Origin: Octopus vulgaris | Lineage: Eukaryota | Assembly: GCA_951406725.2 (NCBI GenBank) | Contig: OX597835.1 | Location: 22,320,001 to 22,384,000 of the forward strand | Reading direction: 5' to 3' | DNA length: 64,000 nucleotides | In this document: positions 1 to 13,988 of the stretch, piece after piece | How the letters are laid out: every line of letters starts with the position of its first letter | Numbering within the stretch: position 1 is the first letter of the stretch | Translations under genes and position numbers: made by a program | Notes under the pieces: model-generated | Database searches by the model: none | Seen by the model: only the letters and a program-made list of their open reading frames with translations | Told to the model about the DNA's origin: nothing

Positions 1-270
1 ATAAATTAAGTACCAGTTACGCACTGGAGTCGATGTAATCGACTTAATCCGTTTGTCTGTCCTTGTTTGTCCCCTCTATGTGTAGCCTCTTGTGGTCAGT
101 AAAGAAATAGGTATTTCGTCTGCCATTACGTTCTGAGTTCAAACTCTGCCGAGGTCGGGGTCAATAAAAACATGTACCAGTTACGCATTGGGGGTCGATG
201 TAATCGACTTAATCCCTTTGTCTGTCCTCGTTTGTCCCCTCTATGTTTAGTCCCCTGTGGGTAATAAAAT
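1..270 (+). mobile_element. SINE type 1 (tRNA-like head, GCCTTTCATCCTTTCGGGGTCGATAAA central domain), tandem units, cut by window edge
   Basis: Matches the copy at 13008-13239; two units joined at aaagaaata|ggtatttcgtc. Confidence 0.85.
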
Positions 271-588
271 AATAAATAAACATACATACGCTAGCGCGCG
301 TATTCATACAAATTCGTTCGAGTGAATGACTTAATATATAAGTGTACAAAGAAGTTGTGTAGAGAGAGGAAATGACAAATTGAGAAACGGAAAGGAATGG
401 GGGGAAGGAAGGGGAGAGAAAGATGAAACAGAAGAACAGGAGGTGATGATCAACCAGATCGATACGACAGTCACACACAGCAGCCATTGAAACCAAGGAC
501 TTGCGGACTGGAAGATTGTCCCGATGAAGCAAGACCCATTTCGTCAGTTTTCTCGCGCGTTTGGGCTTGCCAGCGTTTCATAACTAGC

Positions 589-750
589 TCACCAAGTCTG
601 CAGAGTACTCTCTATTGGCGATGTGGCCATTTTGAAGATAATCAATAAACCACAGTGCCCTTTCCATCTCAAAAAACCTGAGCCCATCACCTTTCCTGCA
701 GAGGAAGCGACCTTGGCCTTCTTTGGAACTTGTGAGGAGGGATATTTCGA
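589..750 (-). mobile_element. Mariner transposase fragment (degenerate)
   Basis: PKKAKVASSAGKVMGS resembles the mariner PKKAK...SAGKVMASVFWD segment; frameshifted downstream. Confidence 0.7.
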
Positions 751-752
751 CG

Positions 753-1457
<705 letters not shown>

Positions 1458-1588
1458 AATACTAAGTAATTAAGGGTTTAGCAACGATTTGCCAAACTTT
1501 CCTCGAATGGGGCTTTTACATGCCGAAATCTACTTGGTGAAATTAATGATTATTCCAAATTAATTAATTTCACCTATATTATTACTGA

Positions 1589-1626
<38 letters not shown>

Positions 1627-2054
1627 CGCTGAGGCATTGCGATGCCAATGACCTATTGTATGTATGTATGTATGTATGTATGTATGTATGTATGTGTGTA
1701 TGTATGTATATATATATATATATATACTTTTATTTGTATATAGATATGCTTTTATATGTGTGTGTGTCTATATGTGTGTGTTTGTGTGTGTATGTGTGTG
1801 TATTATTCTTAAACAAGAATATCATTAACAGTGACATCGAAGTTCTATCCCATTACACCTGAACGCACGCACGCATACACACACGCACACCCACACCCAC
1901 ACACACACAGAGGCGAACCCAAGGGGGAGCCTGATGGGCACGTGCCGCCCCCTCTAGAAAAGAAGTGCGCGTTTCTAGATAATGTTATTACACTCTTTTA
2001 TCCTGGAAAGATTCCATTCTGACCTTGTGCCCTCCTTTCGAAAAATTCATAAGA

Positions 2055-2410
2055 CTGAGCTTTTGCTTCCCAATCACAAGATCTAGGGTTCAGTCCTACA
2101 GTGTGGCATCTTGGGCAAGTGATTTCTGCTATAACCTCGGGTTGACCAAAGCCTTGTGAGTGGATTTGGTAGGCAGAAGCTGAAAGAAACCCGTCGTATA
2201 TACTTATATATATATATATAATATAAAGGGAAAGTTTACGAAAATAAACAAAAGACGAAGGCAGTTGGAGTACAAACAAACAAATGTATTAGTATAGCGC
2301 TCAGGAATAGAAAAAGTCTTTTACGTTTCGAGCCTACACTCTTCAACAGAAAGATACACAGAGAAAAACAAGGAGAGAAACGAGGAGAGAAAAAATGCGT
2401 GTAGGAGCTA

Positions 2411-2442
<32 letters not shown>

Positions 2443-2449
2443 ATAAATT

Positions 2450-2506
<57 letters not shown>

Positions 2507-2748
2507 GTATGTATGTATGTATATATTTGAGTGTGTGTGTATCTGTGCTTGTCCCCTCACCATCACTTGACAACCGATGTTGGTGTGTTTACGTCCTCGT
2601 AACTTAACGATTCGGCAAAAGAGTCCGACAGAATAAGCACAAGGCTTACAAAGAATAAGTTATGGAATCGATTTGTTCGACTAAAGGCGGTGCTCCAGCA
2701 TGGTTGCAGTCAAATGACTGAAACAACTAAAAGAATAAAAAAGAATAA
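2055..2748 (+). mobile_element. SINE type 2 (tRNA head, CORE-like CCTTGGGCAAGTG, internal (TA)n/(TG)n, CR1-like tail) carrying a nested insert at ~2225-2410
   Basis: Both halves match full copies such as 53886-54308. Confidence 0.85.
2317..2354 (-). ncRNA. Minimal type I hammerhead-like motif (variant core) in a Penelope-like fragment
   Basis: Minus strand UCUUU CUGUUGA A GAGU-GUAG-GCUC GAAACGUA AAAGA: stems I and II pair, stem III reduced to palindromic ACGU, A6 replaced by U. Confidence 0.5.
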
Positions 2749-2762
2749 ATATACATATACAT

Positions 2763-2860
<98 letters not shown>

Positions 2861-2883
2861 GTTATTATATATATATATATATA

Positions 2884-3163
2884 TACATACATACATACAT
2901 ACATACATACATACATACATACATACATACATACATACATACATACATACATACATACATACATACATACATACATACATACATACATACATACAAACAT
3001 AAATACATACAAACATACATACATACATACATAAATACATACAAACATACATACATACATACATACATACATACATAAATACATAACTACATACATTCAT
3101 ACATACATACATACATACACACATACACATATACATACATACATACATACATACATACATACA

Positions 3164-3195
<32 letters not shown>

Positions 3196-3444
3196 AATCG
3201 GAAGAGAAGCGTGATAGACATTATCATTGCATTCTATAAATACCTACAACAGCCGTGTCAATCGTAATGGATTTGGCAAATATCAGAAAAAGCGAGCCCT
3301 AAAAGTTCGTTAATTATCGCTGTTAATTACTGCTGTTAATTAATGCGTCCTGATTGTTATACCCTAGAAAAGGGCCTATAATATGCTCGATCTCATAGTC
3401 GCAGTGAACGAAGCTCAAAAGCTACCCAAGTGAGTTGTGGATAA

Positions 3445-3512
<68 letters not shown>

Positions 3513-3562
3513 ATAGATAGATTGACAGACAGACATACATACATACATACATACATGCATAT

Positions 3563-3629
<67 letters not shown>

Positions 3630-3741
3630 TATATATACATACACATATACATACATATGTGTGAGTCTGGGTATGTATGTATGTATGTATGTATGTATGT
3701 ATGTATGTATGTATGTATGTATGTATGTATGTATGTATGTG
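2884..3741. repeat. (TACA)n, (GATA)n, (TA)n and (TATG)n arrays
   Basis: Directly visible. Confidence 0.95.
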
Positions 3742-4307
3742 TAAAGAGAGAGCGAGAGAGAATGAACAATGATGTATGAAATCCAGGTAATGACCTCAGT
3801 CGGTATTCGTGCGAATCCTGGGTAATAGGGAGTTTCAAGCGACCCAGTTAAACGAACTATTTCGCACAAACTGAAAATCCAGGATAGATCTTTAGTAAGG
3901 TTATGATGAGATGACAAAACCCTGTTCCATTTAGTATCGCACGTGGACTCTTAATCATTGTTTATATTGGCTAAAACATGGATAAATTATTTACCTAACC
4001 CATCTGTTATTGAAACGATTGTAACTGAGTAATGAATGTGAGTTTCTTTTGCACTCTTTTTTTTTCTTTCAAGTAGAAGGATGGTGTTTTGTTCCAGAAA
4101 TTGGACGTCCTTTCGGTGTGGATGGATGTAAGTATTTTGTACATAGTTGTTAATGAATGTGTGGTCAGAAATTTGTTTCCCAGCCATATGGATCCGAGAT
4201 CAGTCTCACTGCGAGTCCCCTTGGACAAATGTCTTCTACTGTAGCCATGACTTCACCAAGGCCTTATGAACGGATTTAGTAGACGGGAACTGAAAGTCCA
4301 TTGTGCA

Positions 4308-4914
4308 TACGAGGGGGTGCTGAAAAGTTTCTGGCTTTAAGGCTGTCGCGAAAGGCCTGATTGTAGGCCCAACCTTCCGAGTCTTTTTACAGGGCTTAGA
4401 AAAACTGCAGGACCACTGCAATAAGTGCGTGGATCAGAGAGAGGGGAAAAATGTTGGATAAAGTGGAGGCGCAATGGCCCAGTGTTTAGGGCAGCGGATT
4501 CGCCGTCGTAGGATCGCGGTTTCGATTCCCAGACCGGACGTTGTGAGTGTTTATTGAGCGAAAACACCTAAAAAGCTCCACGAGGCTCCGGCAGGGATGG
4601 TGGTGATCCCTGCTGTGCCCTTTCACCACAACTTTCTCTCACTCTTATTTCCTGTATTTCAAAGGGCCGGCCTTGTCACTCTCTGTGTCACGCTGAATAT
4701 CCCCGAGAACTACGTTAAGGGTACACGTGTCTGTGGAGTGCTCAGCCACTTACACTTTAATTTCACGAGCAGGCTGTTCCGTTGAACGGATCAACCGGAA
4801 CCCTCGTCGTCGTAACCGACGGAGTGCTTCCATGTTGGATAAAATCATAATTAACTGAACCTCCTGTATTTTGTTTTATCCATAACCAAGAACTGTTCAG
4901 CACCCCGTCTCGTA
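4308..4914 (+). mobile_element. Mariner-type MITE (TIR tacgagggggtgctgaaaagt...actgttcagcacccc..tcgta) interrupted by a SINE
   Basis: Inverted termini with TA flanks; same family at ~10713-11195 and ~62180-62396. Confidence 0.75.
4463..4831 (+). mobile_element. SINE with type 3 tRNA head and the tail of type 4; 12-bp TSD
   Basis: A-box TGGCCCAGTG, B-box GTTTCGATTCC; direct repeat atgttggataaa at 4451-4462 and 4832-4843. Confidence 0.85.
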
Positions 4915-5060
4915 TTTATATGCGTTTGCGTGTATGTATAAATAAATTATAATTTCTAAAAAATGTCAGCTATATTTTCGGTTATATTCTGACAGCCTGT
5001 TAGATTGTAAGGCTTAAAAACACAACCAGAAGCGGTTTTTCTTCAATTCTTTTTTTTTTC

Positions 5061-5103
<43 letters not shown>

Positions 5104-5329
5104 GAGTGACGTGGTTGTGGAGTGCGGTTCTTCTGAACGCTACGAGAATTCTCTGAAAACTGATTTATGAAAGTAGAATGAAAAAAAAAAAAAAAATTTT
5201 AAAACGAGATCCGTGAGTAAACATTCTGAAGTGGAGTAAAATAGCTTAAATTAATTCTTGTCAACCTCTGCACTTTCCTTTTTGTTAATAAATAAATAAG
5301 TAATTAAGAAATAAGTTAATAAGTCACTA

Positions 5330-5331
5330 AA

Positions 5332-5373
<42 letters not shown>

Positions 5374-5814
5374 CACTACCACCACCACCACTACTACTAC
5401 TACTACTATTATAATAATAATAATGATGATAGCGATGACGATGGTAGGGATGATGATGATGATGAGGAGGAGGAGGAGGAGGAGGAGGAGTGGGTGTGAA
5501 ACAAAACTAGAGCAAAATTTCAACATTGGCGGGAGATCTTCTTTCTTTCATCTTCCCTCACACATTAACCTCACATTGTAATGATGGCAGCGATGATAAT
5601 GATGAGGAGGAGGAGGAGGTGGAGGCGGAGGAGGAAGGGCAGGAGAGCGACATTGATGACGACGACGAAGGGGATTTTGATGATGACGACGATGATTATT
5701 TTTCTTGATGATGACAGACGGGATGAGGATTTTGATGATAATGGTCACGAAGACAATGTTGACGATCTTGATATGGGAGCAATGATTATGACGACGATGA
5801 TGATGATGATGACA

Positions 5815-5845
<31 letters not shown>

Positions 5846-5880
5846 CGACGACGATGATGATGATAATGATGATGATGACA

Positions 5881-5920
<40 letters not shown>

Positions 5921-6190
5921 CGACGACGATGATGATGGCGACAATGATGATGATGATGATGACAACGACGATGATGATGATGATCGTGATGATGATGATT
6001 ATGTTGATGATGACAGTGATGATGATGATGGTGATAGTGATGATAGTGAGGATTATGATAATGATGATGATAATGATGATGATGGTGGTGGTGGTGGTGG
6101 TGGTGGTGGTGGTAACGACGACGACAACAATAATGATGATAGTTTTCATGTGATGACGACGACGACGACGACGATGATTGTAATGATGGC
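5330..6190. repeat. Mixed trinucleotide arrays (TAC/CAC/GAT/GAG/GAC/GGT)
   Basis: Directly visible; source of the poly-H/M/D pseudo-ORFs. Confidence 0.93.
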
Positions 6191-6956
6191 GACACACGTT
6201 GTGATCCTAGCTATGGTAGTAGCTAGGAACATTACTGACTGTGCATTCTTATCTATTTAACTATCTCTGTGGCACATTTGTGAATCTTTTCACAGTTACC
6301 AGCCTCCCTTTCAAATCCCTGTCATCTTTGTGCATAGAATTTCAAATCATTCATGCAGAACAAATGTTAGATGATCTTATCAAATTCTCTGCACCCGTAA
6401 TTTCTTCTATTCAACTCGTAGGACAAGGGAATGAGGGACAGACAGAAGAGAAGAAGGGAGAATGAATTGACCTGGAATATTCTATGATTTATTTTGATAT
6501 TCTCGAACACATTCAAACTTTACTCGTGTTTGAGAAACAATTTTGCGTTCCACATTCCCATTCTATGTTGCAGAAGACAAGACTTTTTTTTTAAGAAAAG
6601 AGAGTTCTCATATATATATTTAGTGGCCTTAAGATCCAGCTATGCTGGACACTGATGTGCTAAGATTTCGTTTATTCGTTGAGCAATTTTTGAGTATCGT
6701 ACGTTTTATTAATTGCCGGTCTTTGCAAACACATGACTTTCTTTTGAACTCTTTTTTTTCAAGATGAAGGATGTTGCTTTGATCGAGAAATTGGACGTCG
6801 TTCCGGTGAGGATGGATGTATTTTGTACATAGTTGACCTCGGTGGGATTTCAATACAGAACGCAAAGGGCTGTACCTCATGTTTTTGTACAAGTGATCAG
6901 CCTGTAGTTTTTTTTATTATTTTTTTTTGCGACTCTCATTTTAGGGATTAAGTATA

Positions 6957-7183
6957 TATTTCTTTACTGCCCACAAGGGGCTAAACACAGAGGGGATAAA
7001 CAAGGACAGACAAAGGGATTAAGTTGATTACATCAACCCCAGTGCGTAACTGGTACTTAATTTATCGACCCCGAAAGGATGAAAGGCAAAGTCGACCTCG
7101 GCGGAATTTGAACTCAGAACGTAACGACAGACGAAATACTGCTAAGCATTTCGCCCAGCGCGCTAACGCTTCTGCCAGCTCGG
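6957..7183 (-). mobile_element. SINE type 1 with 13-bp TSD
   Basis: gggattaagtata at 6944-6956 and 7184-7196 flanks a near full-length copy. Confidence 0.88.
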
Positions 7184-7259
7184 GGGATTAAGTATAACAT
7201 CATCATCGTCGTCGTAGTTGTCATCGTCTTCATCAGCATCATCGTCATCATCATCCCTA

Positions 7260-7860
7260 ATACCAGTTTCGTATCTTTTGGGGATTTCTGATGATATCAG
7301 AGAAACCTTCCATTAGCTGATGGTGTGATGGTGAGACGTTATGAAGCCAGAAGTTCTTCAATCTCAGCCATTCTTTCTTCTTCTCTCCCTACCCATTCAG
7401 CTTCCTCAATAAACTCCTTTCCATCGATCCATATAACTTTCCAAAATGTTACTAATTCTTTCATATCAGGTGGGTCTTTTACTTCGATCGACTCTGTCCC
7501 AAAATCTCTGTAGAATTTCTTAGCATCAGTTTTAAATATATTATTTTTTCTGTAAAATGTATTTCTCTTTTTATATTTGCGTAAGCGTTGAGTCTAAACC
7601 TGAACTTTTTGCTTAATCATCTCTTTTACTCTCAAGACTTCATTCACATTTATTACAATGTAGTTTCGCTTCATCTTGCTAGCCATTCTCTCGTCTTTAC
7701 ACTATTTACCCTGGGGGGTTCGTCTAAGATCGATAATTCCCATCGGAAGCCCTCAATTTTTTTCTTTATGAGCTCTTTCTACATTGACTGTTCGTGTGCT
7801 TTTTAAGGGAGTCCTTTCCTTTATTTTGACGCCTATTTCCTTTGCGGCAGCAATAAATGT
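7260..7860 (-). mobile_element. R4/Dong-like non-LTR retrotransposon fragment (region upstream of RT)
   Basis: My translation of ~7590 to 7440: QRLRKYKKRNTFYRKNNIFKTDAKKFYRDFGTESIEVKDPPDMKELVTFW, resembling the RLRRY...N..F.....FY.....P.....FW block of R4/Dong ORFs. Outer limits approximate. Confidence 0.65.
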
Positions 7861-8176
7861 TGAGTATACATAAGATGTCTTAATGAAGTTAAATCTGTCT
7901 CAGTTTCTTTTTATTATTATTATCATTGTTATTGTTGCTGTTATTGTTGTTGTTGTTGTCATTATGTTCACTCTGTGCGTCCATTTCTCTTTTACCCTCC
8001 TTTTCTTTCTCTTTCTTTCTCTCTCTCTCGCTTTTTTTCTCCCTTTCCCTCCCCCACCCTAATATACCTCCAGCATGAGGAAAATAGGGTAATCTTTAGC
8101 AGATGGTGACATTTAACTTATTTCTTTAATTGAAATTTGTTAGGTTTCTTTTGCTTATTGTGTTTGTTTGTGTCTA

Positions 8177-8224
<48 letters not shown>

Positions 8225-8324
8225 CATGCATATATATATATATATATATATGGTCATTTGATATCCTATGGTGTGTTTAATTACAAATTTGTAACTTGTA
8301 AATATTTCTCCTGTATCATTTTCA

Positions 8325-8383
<59 letters not shown>

Positions 8384-8581
8384 TTCTCTCATTCTCTCTA
8401 GCTACCTCTGCGCATACGTGTGTATGTATATATATATGTGTGTACAAATAAATGAATGCATGTATAAATGAATAAATATGTATGTATAAATAAATAAATA
8501 AATAAATATATTTATATATAGCGTTTCAAATATACATATATACATATACATATACATACATACATACATACATACATACAT

Positions 8582-8623
<42 letters not shown>

Positions 8624-8626
8624 TAT

Positions 8627-8832
<206 letters not shown>

Positions 8833-9064
8833 TTTCAATTTCTCATTCAACCATTTAACTAATTATCTAATTATCTTATTCATAATTTACTGCTCGCTGC
8901 TCCTCATTTTATTAAAACCATCCGACGTCATTTTGTTTTCGTCGCTTTGTCTTCTTTTCTGCTTTCTTCTCCTCCTTTTTCTTTTGCCCATGATAAAACA
9001 AAGTACCAGTTATATTCTTTATTCATTCTACAATTCACCATAAAATATTCAGCCATGTATACTC

Positions 9065-9280
9065 ATTACTCTTTTTACTTGTTTCGGTCATTTGACTGAG
9101 GCCATGCTGGAGCACCGCCTTTAGTCGAGTAAATCGATCCCGGGACTTATTCTTTGTAAGCCCAGTACTTATTCTATCGGTCTGTTTTGCCGAACCGCTA
9201 AGTAACGGGGACGTAAACACACCAGCATCGGTTGTCAAGCAATGCTTGGGGGACAAACACAGACACACAAACACATACAT

Positions 9281-9331
<51 letters not shown>

Positions 9332-9497
9332 TACGACAGGCTTTTTCAGTTTCCGTCTACCAAATCCACTCACAAGGCATTGGTCGACCCGGGGCTATAG
9401 CAGAAGATACTTGCCCAAGATGCCACGCGGTGGGACTGAACCCGGAACCATGTGGTTGGTTAGCAAGCTACTTACCACGCAGCCACTCCTGCGCCTA
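9065..9497 (-). mobile_element. SINE type 2, full length
   Basis: Reverse complement of head aggcgcaggagtggctg through tail gaaacaagtaaaaagag. Confidence 0.9.
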
Positions 9498-9739
9498 TCT
9501 ATGTTAGAAATCAAAATATTCCAGGAAGAATTATTGGATACGCAAAATTTGCAGAGCATCGGATAGAATACCTTGTGGTACTGAGTTACAGCCCTTTGCG
9601 TTCTGTATTGAAATCCTACCGAGGTCAACTTTGCCTTTCGTTCTCCTAGGTTCCTTATTTGTAAAATACCAGTTATGTACTGAGGTCGAGTTAATCGACT
9701 GTTCACTCCTCACAAAATGTGTACTTTTGGGAAAGTTTA

Positions 9740-9880
9740 AAAGGTAGTCGTAGCTGTAGTTGTTGTTGTCGTCGTTATTGCTACTGTTGCTGATGATGAT
9801 GATGACGACGACGACGACGACGACGATGATGATGATGATGATGATAATGATGATGATGATGATGATGACGATGACGATGA

Positions 9881-9971
<91 letters not shown>

Positions 9972-10015
9972 GATGACGATGACGATGACGATGGTGATGG
10001 TGGTGGTGGTGGTGG

Positions 10016-10068
<53 letters not shown>

Positions 10069-10226
10069 ATGACGATGACGATGATGATGATGATGGTGAT
10101 GGTGGTGGTGGTGGTGATGATGGTGATGATGATGACGACGACGATGACGATGGCGATGACGATGACGATGACGATAATGATGATGATGATGATGATGGTG
10201 ATGATGACGATGATGACGACGACGAC

Positions 10227-10270
<44 letters not shown>

Positions 10271-10290
10271 TGATGAGGAGGAGGAGGATG
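9740..10290. repeat. (GAT/GAC/GGT)n compound array
   Basis: Directly visible. Confidence 0.95.
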
Positions 10291-10828
10291 CAGTTGGCAT
10301 TGCTGTTGATGTAGTTGTTATAAACGGTCCCCGAAATTTCGAGCGTCCATCCCCTTTTACCTTCGGATACAAAACGAAGTTCGAACCTCAGATATTTTTT
10401 ATTGCATAGAAATATGTTTGCATTTTATCCATTCTAGTTTGATTGTTAGTGTTTCAATAAAAGAAAAAAAGTTCTCCTGGAGTTACAGATGACTGTGGGG
10501 GAAGGATGGTGCCGAACCACAAAAGTGCTAAGCGGCATTTCGTCCGTCTTTACGATCTGAGTTCAAATTCCGCTGAGGTCAACTTTGTTTTTTAAACTTT
10601 GAGAATAAATTAAGTACCAGTTGAGGCATTGGGGTCGCTGTAATCGACTTTATCTCTCCCCAAACATACTGGCCTTGTGCCAAAATTAGAAACTAATATA
10701 TGTACATATATTGGCGTTAAGGGTATCGTGAAGGGCCTGGCTGGAGGTTCAACCTTCCAGGTTCTTTTGGAGAGCTTAGAAAAACTGAAGGACCGCGGCA
10801 ATAACTGTATGAATCCAAGAGGGGAATA

Positions 10829-11116
10829 TCTTTATATATAAAAGAGAGGTTGTGTGTCTGTCTCCTACGATTTAGATTCCTAACTACTCCCACATTTTGC
10901 GGTGCAGTGTAACCAAAAGCGGGTATCTTATAGTCGTGATTCATATCGAGCCCTTCTGGGTATTAGCGCGCGTCTACGATTTAAAAAAAAATTTACCATA
11001 ATTTTTTCCCATTTTTAATGCATTTTTTTTGCTATTATATAAGGGAAGTAACTCTCTAAAATGCTTATATAGTTATTTCCCTTACAAACCCGAGCAACGC
11101 CGAGCGATACTGCTAG
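10829..11116 (+). mobile_element. Non-autonomous Helitron (288 bp) inside a mariner MITE
   Basis: 5' TC(TTTATATATAAAA), 3' hairpin cccgagcaacgccgag then CTAG, inserted between A and T with no TSD. Confidence 0.85.
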
Positions 11117-11222
11117 TGGTGAATGAAATCATAATTAACTGATCCTTCTGTATTTTCTTTTACGCAAAGCCAGGAGCTTTTCAGCACCCCTTCCTATGTA
11201 TTACAAATATAATATATATATA

Positions 11223-11580
11223 TAGGCGCAGGAGTGGCTGTGCGGTAAGAAGCTTGCTTCCCAACCACATGGTCCCGGGTTCAGTCCCACTGCGTGGTAC
11301 CTTGGGCAAGTGTCTTCTGCTATAGCTACGGGCCGACCAAAGCCTTGTGAGTGGATTTGGGAGACGGAAACTGAAAGAAGCTCGTCGTATGTGCGCGCGC
11401 GCGCGTGTGTATTTGTGTGTCTGTGTTTGTCCTCCACCATCGCTTGACAACCGATGTTGGTGTGTTTACATCCCCGTAACTTAGCGGTTTGGCAAAAAAG
11501 TCGGATAGAAAAAGTACTAGACTTACAAAGAATAAGTCCTGGGTGGGAGTCTATTTGTTCGACCAAAGGCAGTGTTCCAG
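11223..11580 (+). mobile_element. SINE type 2
   Basis: A-box TGGCTGTGCGG, B-box-like GGTTCAGTCCC; body matches family. Confidence 0.88.
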
Positions 11581-11704
11581 TTACAAGGCAGTTCGGTTAT
11601 AAGTAGCTGATAGAACAAGTACCGCGATTAAAAAGAAGTACCGGGGTGGCTCTACTCGACTAAAACCATCCTTCAAGGTAGTACTCCAGCATGGCCGCAG
11701 TCCA

Positions 11705-12115
11705 TGGAGTGGCTGTGTGGTAAGTAGCTTGCTTACCAACCACATGGTTCCGGGTTCAGTCCCACTGCGTGGCACCTTGGGCAAGTGTCTGCTACTATAG
11801 CCTCGGGCCAACCAAAGCCTTGTGAGTGGATTTGGTAGACGGAAACTGAAAGAAGCCCGTCGTATATATGTATTTATATATATATATGTGTGTGTGTGTG
11901 TGTGGTCTGTGTTTATCCCATTAGCATTGTTTGACAACCGATGCTGGTGTGTTTATGTCCCCGTTACTTAGCGGTTCGGCAAAACAGACCGATAGAATAA
12001 GTACTGGGCTTACAAAAGAATAAGTCCCGGGGTCGAGTTGCTCGATTAAAAAGGCGGTGCTCCAGCATGGCCGCAGTCAAATGACTGAAACAAGTTAAAG
12101 AGAAAAGAAAAAGAA
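11705..12115 (+). mobile_element. SINE type 2, full length
   Basis: Matches family consensus. Confidence 0.9.
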
Positions 12116-12149
12116 AGTGTCAAGTATCCTAACCGCTCGTCCAAACTTT

Positions 12150-12572
12150 CAGTTACTCTTTACTCTTTTACTTGTTTCAGCCATTTGACTGCGGCCATGC
12201 TGGAGCACCGCCTTTAGTCGAGCAAATCGAACCCGGGACTTATTCATTGTAAGCCCAGTACTTATTCTATCGGTCTCTTTTGTCGAACCGCTAAGTGACG
12301 GGGACGTAAACACACCAGCATCGGTTGTCAAGCGATATTGGGGGGACAAACACAGACACACAAACAAACACACACACACACATACATATACATATATATA
12401 CATATATACGACAGGCTTCTTTCAGTTTCCGTCTACCAAATCCACTCACAAAGCATTGGTCAGCCCGGGGCTGTAGCAGAAGACACTTGCCCAAGATGCC
12501 ACGCAGTGGGACTGAACCCGGAACCATGTGGTTGGTTAGTAAGCTACTTACCACACAGCCACTCCTGCGCCT
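12150..12572 (-). mobile_element. SINE type 2, full length, tail-to-tail with the previous copy
   Basis: Reverse complement of family consensus. Confidence 0.9.
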
Positions 12573-13007
12573 AGAAAAGTTACGTCACTTTTCTTCCAAA
12601 TAAATCCTGGTGACGTATATTTAATACTGCGCATAATGTATTATGATTGCATATCCGGGTGCTGATAAATCAGCACTGACCCAAACAAAGCTGGTTTTAG
12701 GCTGTAAACTTTGATATAAATAAATGAACACGATGTATTCATAGGAAAGAGGAATTGAAAGTGCTTAAGATCTATTCTTTTCTACTCTTTTCTACAGACA
12801 GACAGACAGACAGACACACAGACAGACAGACTGACAGACAGACAGACAGACAGACTGACAGACAGACAGACAGACAGACAGACACACAGACAGACAGACG
12901 GGTAGGCAGACAGACGGGTAGGCAGACAGACAGACGGGTAGGCAGGCAGGCAGGTAGACAGACAGACATGGATATAGATTATATAAAAGTATATATATAT
13001 ATAATGA

Positions 13008-13239
13008 AGGCGGCGAGCTGGCAGAAACGTTGGCACACCGGACGAAATGCGAAGCCGTATTTCGTCTGCCGTTACGTTCTGAGTTCAAATTCCGCCGAGG
13101 TCGACTTTGCCTTTCATCCTTTCGGGGTCGATAAATTAAGTACCAGTTACGCACTGGGGTCGATGGAATTGACTTAATCCCTTTGTCTGTCCTTGTTTGT
13201 CCCCTCTGTGTTTAGCCCCTTGTGGATAGTAAAGAAATA
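13008..13239 (+). mobile_element. SINE type 1, full-length reference copy
   Basis: aggcggcgagctggcagaa head, B-box GAGTTCAAATTCC, central domain resembling the Meta-SINE domain as recalled, tail ending aaagaaata. Confidence 0.88.
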
Positions 13240-13687
13240 TATATATATATATAATTTTCTATTCTAGGCACAAGGCCCGAAATTTCGGGGGAGGGTGCCA
13301 TCGATTAGATCGACCCCAGTACGTAACTGGCACTTAATTTATCGACTCCGAAAGGATAAAAGTCAAAGTGAGGATTAGTGAAGGATTATCAATCCAGGCA
13401 AAATACTGATAAGCTCTCTGTCAATACACTAGGCTAGCAATATTCTTTTCTACTCTAGGTACAAGGCCCGAAATTTTGGGGGAGGGTGCCTGTCGATTAG
13501 ATCGACCCCAGTATGCAACTGGTACCTAATTTATAGAGCCCGTGTAGTGGTTGAGTGGAGTGGGTGGGGGAAACAGAGTCAGAAAGACACATACATATAT
13601 ACGACAGCAAGCTTCTTACCACACAGCCACGCCTGCGCCTATGGTTGTAGTGTTTTATAGTGTTTTTTGTTTTGCTTTGTAGCTCTA

Positions 13688-13988
13688 TTGTGGTTAGGGT
13701 ATTCTGTTCATGAACGTAAGATCGCGAGTTCAATTTCCAGTGGTGCATTGTGTCCTTGAGCAAGATACTTTATTTCACGTTGCCCCAGTCCACTCAGCTG
13801 GCAAAAATGAGTTGTATCTGTATTTCAAATGATCCAGCCTTGTCACATTCTGTGTCACGCTGAATCTCCCCTGTTAAGGGTACGCGTGTCTGTGGAGTAC
13901 TCAGCCACTTGCACGTTAATTTGATGAGCAAGCTGTTCCGTTGATCGGATCAAGTGGAACCCTCGTCGTCGCAGCCGACGGAGTGCCA
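13688..13988 (+). mobile_element. SINE type 4 (tRNA head, CORE-like tgtgtccttgagcaagatact, tail shared with 4652-4827)
   Basis: gtggttaggg...gagttcaatttcc head; tail aligns with the 4463 element. Confidence 0.75.

Noticed and set aside
5526-5800. Acidic poly-D/E ORF
   Set aside because: Part of a GAT/GAG trinucleotide array, with no flanking exon evidence.
12325-12603. Recurring peptide RRASFSFRLPNPLTRLWSARGYSRRHLPKVPRSGTEPGTMWL
   Set aside because: Antisense translation of the SINE type 2 head, not a gene family.
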